DNA from: Peribolospora baueri
Lineage: Eukaryota
NCBI GenBank assembly: GCA_029717555.1
Contig: JAMDHS010000015.1
Span: 62,001 to 126,000 of the forward strand
Direction: 5' to 3'
DNA: 64,000 nt
This document shows, one piece after another, positions 24,340 to 37,652 of the stretch (position 1 is the stretch's first letter; every line of letters starts with the position of its first letter). The position numbers were made by a program, and so were the translations under genes. The notes below the pieces were generated by a model. It ran no database searches, was not told the origin of the DNA, and worked only from the letters and a program-made list of their open reading frames with translations.

Positions 24340-25154
24340 ATGGTGAGTGCGCCAGCGCCTAGTTGGGGCCTGTTCACGCACGGGAGAGATGAGGGTAGCC
24401 GGCATGGTTGTGCGTAGGGGTGCGACCGTAGACTGACCACATGCCTCCCTGTCTCTCTCCGTCCGACGTGGTCCGACCTCGACGCCCCCTCCTTTCATCC
24501 TCGCCCCCTTTCGCCAAATCGCTGAATCTGTCCGTCTACCCATCGTAGTCCAAGCGCACTGTCAAGGTTGGCATCACCGGCAAGTACGGCACGCGCTACG
24601 GCTCGTCGCTCCGTCGTCAGGTCAAGAAGATCGAAATCTCCCAGCACAGCCGGTACACTTGCACCTTCTGCGGAAAGGTGCGTTGCGTTTTGCTTTCCCG
24701 TTCGGCGGCGGGCTTTCTTGCATCTTCATCCTGTTTGGGACGAAGAGTGATGTTGAAGTTGTATCTGGGAGAGGCTGCGGTCCGAAGGACAGGACACTGA
24801 CCATCATCCTCATTTTTTTTGTCGGGGCCGGCCTTTTCTGCTGAAAGGATGCTGTGAAGCGCACGAACGTCGGCATCTGGGAGTGCAAGGCCTGCAAGAA
24901 GGTCATTGCCGGTGGCGCGTGGACCGTGTCTACGACCGCTGCTGCCACTGTCAGGAGGTGGGTAACAGTTTTTCCGGCTTGTGGGAAGCACTGTTTGTGT
25001 GGGGGGAGGAGATCTATTTTTCGGGGCACAATTGACTGGCGCGGTCATAGGCCATACTCTCGGTCAAGGTCGTCGTACTGACCTCCACAAACTTTTTTCA
25101 CGCCATTTTCTCTACAGCACCGTCCGTCGTCTCCGCGAGCTCACTGAGGCGTGA
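24340..25154 (+). CDS. RPL43: 60S ribosomal protein eL43 (L37a), 4 exons
   Basis: [92 protein letters not shown]. Confidence 0.97.
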
Positions 25155-25643
25155 AGAAACAAAACTGACACCGTTAGACCTGGACGACCAGACCGTCCGG
25201 TCGGCGACCGTCCATTTCCTCTTCTCTACTTCCCCTCCATGCGCTCGCCTCCCTCCTACCCATGGTGTACTTTACCGGGCTATGCAACCACGCCGACCTT
25301 CCTGACGCAGTCATCTCGAGCGCGTGCGGTCCTGATCGGAAAGACCACAAGTTGTGGTGAAAACGACGTATCCCTTTTATATTCACCTCTGTCCCCTTCA
25401 GACACGCCAGAGGAGGAGTTCGGCGGTTGGCAGTGTGGGTGCTGAGCCTTTTCGGTCTGCAGAATCGGGCGGATGGGCACTACTACAGGGCGTGGAGGGA
25501 CCTGAAATGCATTTCTAACGGCTCACGGAGTTTCACACGCAACACGGCCATCAGCATGGTCCTCCTTCTGAAGCACTTTCCGTGTCCACCATCCATTCAA
25601 GTCCTCTTTGGAGTTCATTCCAGATGTCTTATCCCCTTCGTCG

Positions 25644-28366
25644 CTAATCTAAAACTCCCAACTCATCCTCTAGCGCCTTGGCAGCCTTCCATATGACCTC
25701 CTCAGCGCCCCACTGAGCCACCATAGTGACCCCGACGGGCCAACCGCCGTCGTCTTGGTCGTGCGCCGATGACGCTGTGGACCTGCCCGCGGGGATGTTG
25801 AGCGCGGGAAGGCCGGCGAGGGAGGCGGGGACGGTGAGGACGTCTTGGATGTAGGAGGATATGCCGGCCATGCCGTCTTTTTCCGGTGAGGACGTCGACG
25901 TCGTCGCCGCTGAGCGGGGAGGAGTGGAGGAGACAGAAGAGGCTTTGGAGGCGGCGGCCAGGCCCGAGGAAGAGAGCACAGGAGCGACGCCGATGGCCGA
26001 TGGATGTACGAGTAAATCCACGCCCGCCTTCTCCTTCCCGTCCCTTCTCACATCCTCCGCCGAAACGTTCGGCGCCGGTCGTCGGAGCACGCTCGCGGAG
26101 CGGAAGAGGCGGTCAAAGTCATCGCGGACGAGTCTTCGAACGCGCTGCGCCTGGAGGAAGTAGTTGTCAAAGGCGCTGGCGACGATGAGCGGGAGAAAAG
26201 GGGAAAAAAAAAGAAAGGGACCGGTTTTTGCTCAGTACGGTATACTCTCTTCTTGCCTTTTGCAAGCTTGTCAACACCAGAACTCACTCGGCGGTCAAAG
26301 CGTACGTGCCGAGTAAGATCCGCCGCTTGACCTCCTCGCCGAAGCCATTGGTACGCGTGGCGCTGTAGAGCGGCGTGAAATCGTCGCCTCGTGCTGCCTC
26401 AGCGTCGCTGGAGCTGGGGGTTGTGGAGAAGGCGGCCTTGGGTGTATCTCGCTCGCTGCGATAGCCTGGAGAGGCAAGGGAGAGTGGGAAGAGAAGGAGG
26501 AGCATGAACATCAGTCCTGCAAAGTCTGCAAAGGAAGGTATTCGGATGGCCGTGGAGAATCGATGACAGTTCGCAGCGACGACCTGAACCGACGGCGCCA
26601 GCTCAACTCACCATACCTCACCCCGTCATACCTCGCCAAGTTGCTGCTTGCCTCCGCACTGGCGATGACATAGTAAGCGCTCAGCGCGAAAGGCGTGTTG
26701 GGCAGACGCACGGGAACAAGAGCGGCGCCTAAGGAGCGGAGAGTGGAGAGGATCCGGCGAATGGGAGGGAGGATGGAAGGGGAGAGGAGGTGGGGAAAGT
26801 ATTCCTGCAGGAAGGGAGGGATCGATCGGCTCGACTTAGGCGTTCAGAAGGGCTTATAGAGTGCGATGAAGGAGCGTTGAAGTCGAACAAGACGAAAGTC
26901 GTTACTATTCCTTAAGACGGTGAACTCACTGCAGGGACTCCGACGCGCAAACCTCGCAAAGGACCATCGCCATCGCCGACCGTGGCCAACACCTCGCTCG
27001 CTCCTCTTAGGGCCGCCGTTCGGACGTCTTCCGGAATGGAAGTGGGGTCTCGAGGATCGTGGACTGATATCACATCTTTTGGACGACACAAGATGAGCCG
27101 AGTGCAGTCGTTTCCAAAACGAGGAGACGAATGGGTGGGATGAGCACGCAACCTTCCGGGGAACGCCAGCTCCCTTACAACAAAATTGTATTCTCGCTGC
27201 GCTCGCTCACCAAAGACGGCTCTAGCGTCCTCCACGCTCCCAGCGAGGACCCCTACAGTATCGAGGCTATCCGCGTACGCGATTGTACCCCACCTGCTCA
27301 CGAGGCCGTACGAGGGCTTCAGCCCGTACACCCCGCAATACGATGCTGGTAAGCGGATAGAACCGCCTGTGTCTGTGCCAAGGGCACTGCCAAAGGGAAG
27401 GGACGGAGGGTTCAAAGTTCGTTCAGAAGTCTCTCATGGGGAGCAAGAGGACGAGTGAATCGTCGCTCCTTCCGCCTCGGACCACAGGGTTCACGACTGA
27501 GCCTGCTAACGGTTGACAATGGCAGCCTGCACGGCTGTCACCGGCCTGGGTCGAAAATACTCACGCTCGGCAAAGACCGGTCCGCACAGCGGCCGCACTC
27601 CCACCCGAACTCCCACCGGCGACCCGAGCCCTCCCCCCACCCCTGTCTTCCGCTGTCAATTTTCCTCCAGGCCCAGCCGGGTTCACGACGGGCCCGTGAG
27701 CGGAGTACACGTTCGCGGAGCCCATACCGAACTCGTCGCAATTGGTCTTTCCCACAATACGTGCTCCCGCCGTCCGTAAAAAAGAGACAGGAGTGGCGTC
27801 GTAGGGTGGTTGAAATCCTGATGGTGCAGATGGGGGTAAGGGCTGGGCCAGCATGAGAGCTGAACGAACACTATGGGCAGCGCGTGTCCCCACAGCCGTG
27901 TGTTTTCGGGCTCTGCGGGCCTCGCACGCCCGTTCACTCACCGGCGAGCATGGCGCTCGAACACGAGGTGATCATGTCGCGAGTGCAGATGTTGTCTTTG
28001 ACGGCGACTGACCATCCCTCAAGGGCGCCAGAAGATGCCGGGCCAGGGGTGGGAACTGCGCGGTTCATGGGAGGAGCGGAGCAGAAGCGGCGAGGGGGCG
28101 ATAAACGTCGTGATACCGCACCCGTGAGCTACCCGACCTCCCTCGCGCGGACGCTCAGCCGTACCCGCTCGCTCACCGCCAGCATCGTGTTCAGCAACAT
28201 AGACAAAAGAATTGACGCCCTCATCCCTGGCTCGGATCTCGTCAGCCGCAAGGTTACGGCGCGACGACGGCGCAGAACGCGAGAAGGATCGAGCGGGCGG
28301 AGGCGGCACAAGCAAACAGCGCCGGCAGGCACGAGTCGCAGTTTGCGGCTTTTGTCTGGACAGCAT
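25644..28366 (-). CDS. HER2: Mitochondrial glutamyl-tRNA(Gln) amidotransferase subunit A (GatA/Her2), multi-exon
   Basis: Presequence-like N-terminus. Amidase signature [46 protein letters not shown]. GatA-specific [13 protein letters not shown] and [15 protein letters not shown]. Confidence 0.93.
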
Positions 28367-28862
28367 TATGTAGATGGGCGACGACGGCGGCGGACAACCG
28401 AGCTCCGAGGTCGCTAGGAGGTTACACACCCACCACTTTCGAAGGATCTGTAATGGCACGTGCCGGCCACGTGGGAGTAAGTGGTGCGGGACGCGCTCTG
28501 AACCGCGTCGACGCGGCGCGAGCGTATGCGCGGACGGAGAGCGAGACGGTCGACGGCAGGAACCACCATCGTCGTCGGTTTTTGTTCCCCCTCCACTTGC
28601 CTATTCACCTCTGCGCCCTTCTCCATCAGCATCAGTACAACGCCACCATTGTCGTACCTCCTTCGGACGCCCGCCCTTTGCGCGCTGGACAGCACGCGTC
28701 GCTCTTCGTCGGTCATCTGCGCTTGTTCCCCGATCGTCTTGACCGTCGCAGTCGAATCTACTCCAATTCCGAGTGATCGCGTTCACGCCCTTGTACGATC
28801 GAGGACAGACGCCCTGTCCTTGTGCAACCGAGTCCTGACGCGATAGCCGGCCGACCACCTTA

Positions 28863-31753
28863 ATGAGCGCCGCCGCCGCCAACACCTCGAGTGCTGCTGC
28901 TGCTGCTGCCGCCGCCGCTCCTGCGGCCGCTCGAGGCAGGAAACGCAAAGGCCGGGCGTCCGCGCCTGCGCCGCCCGTCATCCTTGGTGAGGTAGCTTCT
29001 GACGACGATGGCGGCGACAAACCCGTTCCTGCAGTCGCGTCTGTTCCTCCCGCAGCGACGTCCAGCGCCGGGGCAGAGGCGCCCCGCAAGCGCCCCATGC
29101 GTAGAGCGTCTGCCCCAGCGGCTCAACTCGCCCCCGCGGCCTCCACCCCTGTCAGGGCTCCTCGCACCGCCAAGAAGCGTACTGCTGAGGGGGCGTCTCC
29201 CTCGAATTTGATGACAACTAATGCGCCTCGCAGAGGTCGACCACCCAGCCGTCGGGCGGTCAGACTACAGTGGCAAAGCGTCGATGGTGCTGAAGTGGCG
29301 AGCAGCAGCACGTCGGAAGACGGGACGATGCGTCGCCTTGCGAAGACTCCGCGCAAGCCGCGACCGTCTGAGATTGCTGCGAAGAAGCGCAGGCAGGAGG
29401 AGCGTGCAGCGAGGGAGAGGGGCGAGTTTGTCGACACCGGACCTCCCAAGCCCCCTCGTCCGCCTCGGCCCGTCGAGGTCAGGGCCAAGCAGAAGCGCAT
29501 GGAAGAGCGAGCGAGGTTGGGCCTGCCTCCGAGGAAAGTGCGGAAGTGGGCGGTCGTCGACGGAAAGCCAGTCGAGATTCAGAGTTCGAGTATGCCCTGT
29601 CAGCGTCTGACGAGGCCTGAGATCGTTGCAGGGGTGATGGGTATGGCCAAGAAGCTGAGAGACAGGCAGGATCGCCAAGGCAGGAGGGCGAAGACGGTGC
29701 AAGCTGCGCTGGCCGCTGTGAAGCAGGGCCGTCCTAAGCGAGGGACAACGCTCCCCCCTGCCAATGTCGCGCGGGACGCGGGCATGAGCAGAAGGACATC
29801 CTCGCGTCGTCTTCGCTCGACCGACAAGGACTCGGATCGAGACAACATTGTCGTCGACACCAAGGAGGAAGGAGATGCTACGACGTCGGAAAGCCTCCAG
29901 AGCAACAAGAGCAAAGAGCGCTCGGTATCGGTCGGCAAAGAGGGCAGCGTCGCGCCGCCACCTGAGCAGGAAGAGACAGTGGTCGCACCAGTGGCCAAGG
30001 TACCGTTGCTACCAAAGAAGGTGAGTCCGTCACGCCGTGTCTGTGTCGCAAATAGCCATACCTCGTAGCTAACCAAGCGGACGTTCTCGCTCACCACCAA
30101 ATAGAATTACCTGTCCAGTGGCCTCTACTCGAGAGACCTCAAGTCCCCGATCCGCACGACGACGCTTTTCAAGCGCGGCGGCCGCCATACGCGTACAGAG
30201 CCCGTAATGGTATCCTCGTCATCCCGCAACAGCAAGGCCAAATCGTCGGCGCTAGCGCTTGTCACACGACGGGCTCGCAAAGCAAGCAAAATCGGCCCCG
30301 CCCCTCCCGGATCTGCCGAGTCCATCTTGCCGTTGCCCATAGAGTGGGGGGCGACACAGTTCTTGAATCGCCAGAGGGACTTTATGTTGCCTTTTGAAGT
30401 TTTTGCGAAACAGAGGGAGGGGATGCTGGATGGGAAGAGGATGCCGAAGCCGTATGGGAAGATTGCTAAGAGTGAGTCGGGCGTGAAGGATTGTTTCTGG
30501 AGCCCGTCGGCGCCGTCTACAAGTCGAGTGCATATGAATGACCGACTGCGCGCCTCTTCCATGTTTCCATCGGTTGTTTTCAGATATCTATGTCGGCCGC
30601 CGCAAGCTTTCGAGCGAAATCGCTGTATGCGCATGTCGTCCTCGCAAGACGGCTTCTACGAAGCAGCAGCATCAGCTTCCCACGCCTTCTCCTAGCGCCT
30701 CGTCCTCCTCGTCCGGTTACAATTCCGGCAACGGGGGCAGGTCCTCCAAATCGGCGTCGGCCACGACCAGCAACGTGCGTGCCAGCGATGTCGAGGGAGG
30801 AGACTGCGGCGCCGACTGCCTGAACCGTCAGCTCTACTACGCGTGCGATCCGTCGACGTGTCCCTGTGGGGATAGGTGCACGAACGTGCCGCTGAACAAG
30901 AGGACACCGAAGATGGTGGATATAGTTTGGGTGAGTTTTCTGTGAGGCGGTCGATTCCGTGTCATATGAGCGGACTGATCTTTTAACCCGCATCCCGCGC
31001 TCCCCTTTTTGAACCAGTATGGGGCTCGCGGATTTGGTCTCAGGGCCGCAGAGCCGATCAGTGCTGGATCGTTCGTCACGGAATACCGTGGGGAGGTGGG
31101 TCTTGATGTACTCGCCATGTCTCCCTAGTCCATGCCAAGTCTGAGCATGCTTTCCACCGCCCCTATTTCCCGATGTTTCTCGCAACCCGTGGTAGATCAT
31201 AACGATGGCGGAAGCGTCGGCGAGGATCACGAACGGGTGGTACAAGAAGGAATTCTACTTCCTTGACTATGATGCCGCCGTTGGCGAGGTGATCGATGCC
31301 GGGAGGAAGGGTAACATTGCCAGGTTTGCCAATCATTCGGTGAGTGCCGCTCGTTGAAAAAAGATGAGTTGATGGCGAGGTTGCTTTCGCTGATCGTGGC
31401 GGTCTGGGCACCGCCTCTGTCATCATGGCAGTGTGACCCAAATCTGCGGGTGGAAAAGTGGACGATCTCTGGCTCGCCAGTCGAGCCGGGCTCGGCCGAG
31501 TTTGAGATTGGGTTCTTTGCCATGCGGGACATTGCCAAGGGAGAGTGAGTGTTTCGATCTCGATGACAACATCCATTCGACTTGGCTACTCATCCCTTGG
31601 ACGGTCCTTCTTTCCCCTTTCCTCTCGAACAGGGAGTTGACTTACGACTACGGCTGGTGCGCCTGGGGTCCGAAGGGCGAAGGGACGGACAGGTGCTTCT
31701 GTGGGAAAGAGAACTGTTCAGGCTGGTTCGGGAAGAAGGCGACAAGGGTGTGA
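28863..31753 (+). CDS. ASH1: ASH1-like histone H3K36 methyltransferase (AWS-SET-postSET), multi-exon
   Basis: YLSSGLY, LPLP...RDFMLPF, CGADCLNR...CPCGDRCTN (AWS), RGFGLRA...EYRGE, KGNIARFANHS|CDPN, ELTYDY and postSET CFCGKENCSGWFG. The long basic N-terminus fits Ash1 better than Set2. Confidence 0.85.
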
Positions 31754-33479
31754 TGGTATCGCGACGCGACGCGACGGGGCGGTTGACGAGAACCGGGAAA
31801 AAAGCGGGGAGGGAGGAAGGGGGTTCGCTGGGATGGCTTTCTGCTATCGTTTCCCTTCCTCTCCCTTGGGTTTTTTTTTTGGATAAAACGCAATGCCCTC
31901 GACATTTTTACGGCCTAAAGGTTGGAGTTGAAGTTGAACATGCTTGCTTGCTTGTGTGAGGCTAAGAAGAAGAGCTGCTTGTATGATATGCGCATCAGCA
32001 ACAGCTTTGTCGGTCCGGTCCGTGCTCAGAAAAAGCGTCCATGCTTTATATTACGAAATCTTGGTTGGTGCTCGAATCTTAGCCCCATCGGTCTGGGTGG
32101 GTTCTGACGGCCCTGTCCTGCCCTGTCCTGTCCGGGACGAGAGCGGCGAGCCATGTCACCGTTTCGCGTGTTATCTTCGTGTGTGCCGTCGTTCATTCGA
32201 ATGATCCTTCAGGAACGAAAGGACATGCGAGCGACGTTCGTTTTCGTTCGTTCCGTGCGTGCGCAAGCCACTTTCGGCAACCGAGCGAGCAAGCGAACCC
32301 TCCGTCCTTCCTTCCCCACGTTCTTTTCTTGTTTTTTCTTCTGAGAGCGGGAAGAAGAAAGAAGAGAAGGATGGCTGCGCACTTTCCCGCAGTTGCCCGA
32401 GCCGAGACCTATTTCGGCTTTCATTTATCCATTTATCCATCCGTCCATCCTTCCTTCTATCGTTCCTTCCGTCTCCTCTTCCATTGAAACGCGATCTGCG
32501 TTTGCTGCGCTGCGCGTCGTCGTTTTTCCGTGTTGTGGCGTCTAGGCGCTGCGGCCGGTGCGGTCGTTCGTCGTCGCCCAAGGCACCGGCAATGGCATTG
32601 GCAATGGCACTGTTAATGGCATTGGCATTGGAGCCGCGTCGCGTCGGCTTATTGTGAGTGGTACAGGACGGCGATCGAGTAGGCGGAGAGAAAAGAGAGC
32701 GAGCCACACGTGTGCTCCCGCCGTCGTCGGAGATAAGAAGCAAGCCACGGCCCACCGTCACTGCCAATTGCGAGCGACGAGCGAGGCCATGCATGTCCAT
32801 ACCCGACGACGAGTTGAGTTGGCTGCTCATCCCCGCTCTTCGAGGCCTGGCCGTCTGGAACCTGAATCGGGACAGGTGGAGACGCGCACAGGGTGAGCAG
32901 CTGGTCAGCTGCAGCGGCAAACAAGCCACACTCGCTTGCTCGCTCGGTCGATGGCCATCGATGTTCCGGATATGTGTGAAAGTGAGTGTGGGCTTGCTAT
33001 CTATCTCGCTCGCTCGCTCACGTCTCTTCTCGGCGGCTTTGGCCCGCGCCGGTCGCAGTCGCCGGCAGCTGCCCCGCGTTGGACGAGGATATCATGTGCC
33101 GATTGGGCGGACGGCAGCGGAGGCGAGCAGAGGCGCTACTCGCCGAGACCGAGCGGAAGCCAGCTTTGGCCGTTCGTTTCACTCTCTTCTTCTTCCGTCC
33201 CGCTGGGGCCGACGTTTCCTGGGCGTAGGTGTAGGAGAAGAGGAGCAATTAGCAGATGGAGGCGTAACAGTTGGGAAGCAAAAGACAGCAAACAACTTTG
33301 TCCGGCAAACGTTAGGTGGGAACCGGGAACCTGGCCGCTGGTCAAGACACTAACTCATCTCGTTTTCATTTCCTTGTTGTTCTCGGACTCCAGAGAGGCA
33401 CAATAGGTGGTGGACCCGAACTCATTGAGCTGGTCCTGCTCACACAAGTGGACATTCCAGCTCAATATCACGGACAATA

Positions 33480-33797
33480 GCGCCTGCCCATCTTAATGCT
33501 CTCTTCGACCCCTCTCGGCCCACCCTGCCGCCGGCCGACTCGTGGCGCACCTGGTCCCGCTGGCGCCGCGCGATCGGCCCCGTGTTCGGCAGGTTGTCCT
33601 TCTCCAACTCGTTCAGCATTCCCTTCTTCGATCACATGTTCCTCTTCAAGCTCTTCAACTTTCTTCTTTTCCTTGCCTCGCTCGCTTGCGCAGGCCTTGG
33701 CGCTTACTCGTCCCTAGAGGGTATTATTGCCACCTTCCAATTCCCCGGTGCCGCCCAGTCGTCCTTTGGCTGCGCTTACCCCGTCCAGGTCGGTTGA
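33480..33797 (+). pseudogene. Isolated C-terminal ~105 aa of a fungal amino-acid transporter (Aa_trans/AAAP family)
   Basis: The frame reads ...LFDPSRPTLPPADSWRTWSRWRR...FKLFNFLLFLASLACAGLGAYSSLEGIIATF...QSSFGCAYPV*, the recognisable last TM and tail of this family. There is an in-frame stop at 33426-33428 and I found no upstream transporter exons. Confidence 0.65.
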
Positions 33798-33940
33798 GCG
33801 ATGCGACGATCTGAGCGCCATTCGACATGTCGGTCGGTCTCCTCGACGGGCTGTCGGTCCGTGCTTTGCTTTGCTTTCTTTCTTCTTCCACTTGCGCGTC
33901 CAGCATCGGCATCGGGTGGCGTAAGACGTAGCGTCTCTCT

Positions 33941-34058
33941 TTTTTTTTTTTTTTTTTCTGTTCGTCTTTCTTCCCTCCTCGCTAGCAACGCTTCGGTCGT
34001 ACTTCCAATCCGGACCGCCTGCCCTGCCCTGCCCTGTCTTGCCCTGCCCTGCCCTGCC
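33941..34058. repeat. Poly-T run and (GCCCT)n pentanucleotide repeat
   Basis: T run at ~33940-33957 and GCCCT repeats at 34017-34058. Confidence 0.85.
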
Positions 34059-34696
34059 TTGTAGTACGAGTCGAATGGAAATGACAATTTGGATGGCTTG
34101 CTTGGGTCGCGCGCGACTTAGTATGAGGTCCTCATCGAGTTGGGCCACATACACACATAATGGACGGTGCCGATCCTAGCGAAGGAGTTCTCATATGTCC
34201 ATCATGGGTCAAGGTGAAGTGATCATCAGATGGGTCCCGGAAAAAAAGCCAAGTTCTGTTTTGGCCTTGCTTGCTTGCTAGATAGAGAGGCTAGCTAGGA
34301 TGCAGAGGGGAGGTATGAATGAGCCTCGATTCGGCTCGTACCATACCGTCTTGAACAATCGCACATGGTCATCTACTAGACCGACCCTGTCGCAGGACAA
34401 GCAAGCAAGGACGACGAGGCAGAGTCGGGTATGGTTCGATGCTTGTCACCAACACCAGCACCCACGCGCTCTTCTCTTTGCCGCCCGCCGTTCGGCCCGC
34501 CCCGCCATGCGGTCGCCGCAGCACAGCCCGCCGCAGCTCGGCCGGCGGCGCCATCGTTCGCATTTATGGGCGCTGCCCTCGAATGGGTCGATCACCGACA
34601 CGGCCGTCCATCTCCCCTTCCCATCTTCGACCTTGCCCCCGTCCCCGTCCCCGTCCCATTCTCCCCCCTCCCCTTTCTAGTCGTCCTCAGTCCGCC

Positions 34697-36986
<2,290 letters not shown>

Positions 36987-37652
36987 CGGCGGCGTTTTGT
37001 TGCCCCTGAGATGGACACTTGCCTCTTTCCTGCAGGGTTCCCGGCTGGATGTACACAGGTACCTTCTTCTACTACCTACCTCCCTTTTCCGTTTCTGGTT
37101 CATGCTTGCTTGCCTTTTCTCCGGATCGGCCCACGGCTCTCTCTGTTCGCCGTCGTCGTCGCCCTCGCCATCTCTCTCCCAACACCGGCGGCGACTCGGT
37201 TGAACAGGGAGGAGGAGGATGGATTGGAAAGGGGAAGGCCGTTCGATACCATGAAAATATCACTTGCCTCTTTCCCTCCTTTTTTTTTCTCCACCTTCTC
37301 CTCGTATCTGCTAGGTGGTGAATTTATGATGGACTTTCTCAAGAATCGTCTCTCTCGCCCGGTCGCTGCAGCAAGACTGGGTCCGGTGAGCAGGGACCGA
37401 AACGAGGGAAGAGAGTGGAAGGCTACGAGTGGAAGGCTACGAATGACATGGGAAGGGTCGAAGAAAGAAGGGAATGAGAACTATGCGTAAGGGAGTGGGG
37501 TCTGCTGGCTACTTTACGAGTACGCGAATGCACGTGAAAATTTGGGGTCGAACGGTTGACGAAATCCAATAGCGAAAAGGAAACAAATGCGAGGATGGGG
37601 GCGGGCTTGCGAGAAAAGAAAGCGAAAAAAAGTAGCGAATCGAATCGATGGG

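Noticed and set aside
24679..24848. Possible C/D snoRNA in RPL43 intron 2 (GTGATGT ... CTGA)
   Set aside because: Box C is imperfect, the CTGA is the intron branch point, and there is no terminal stem or recognisable rRNA guide.
32171..32929. 252-aa minus-strand ORF and overlapping plus-strand ORFs
   Set aside because: Low-complexity with simple repeats and no motifs; such ORFs arise by chance at this GC content.
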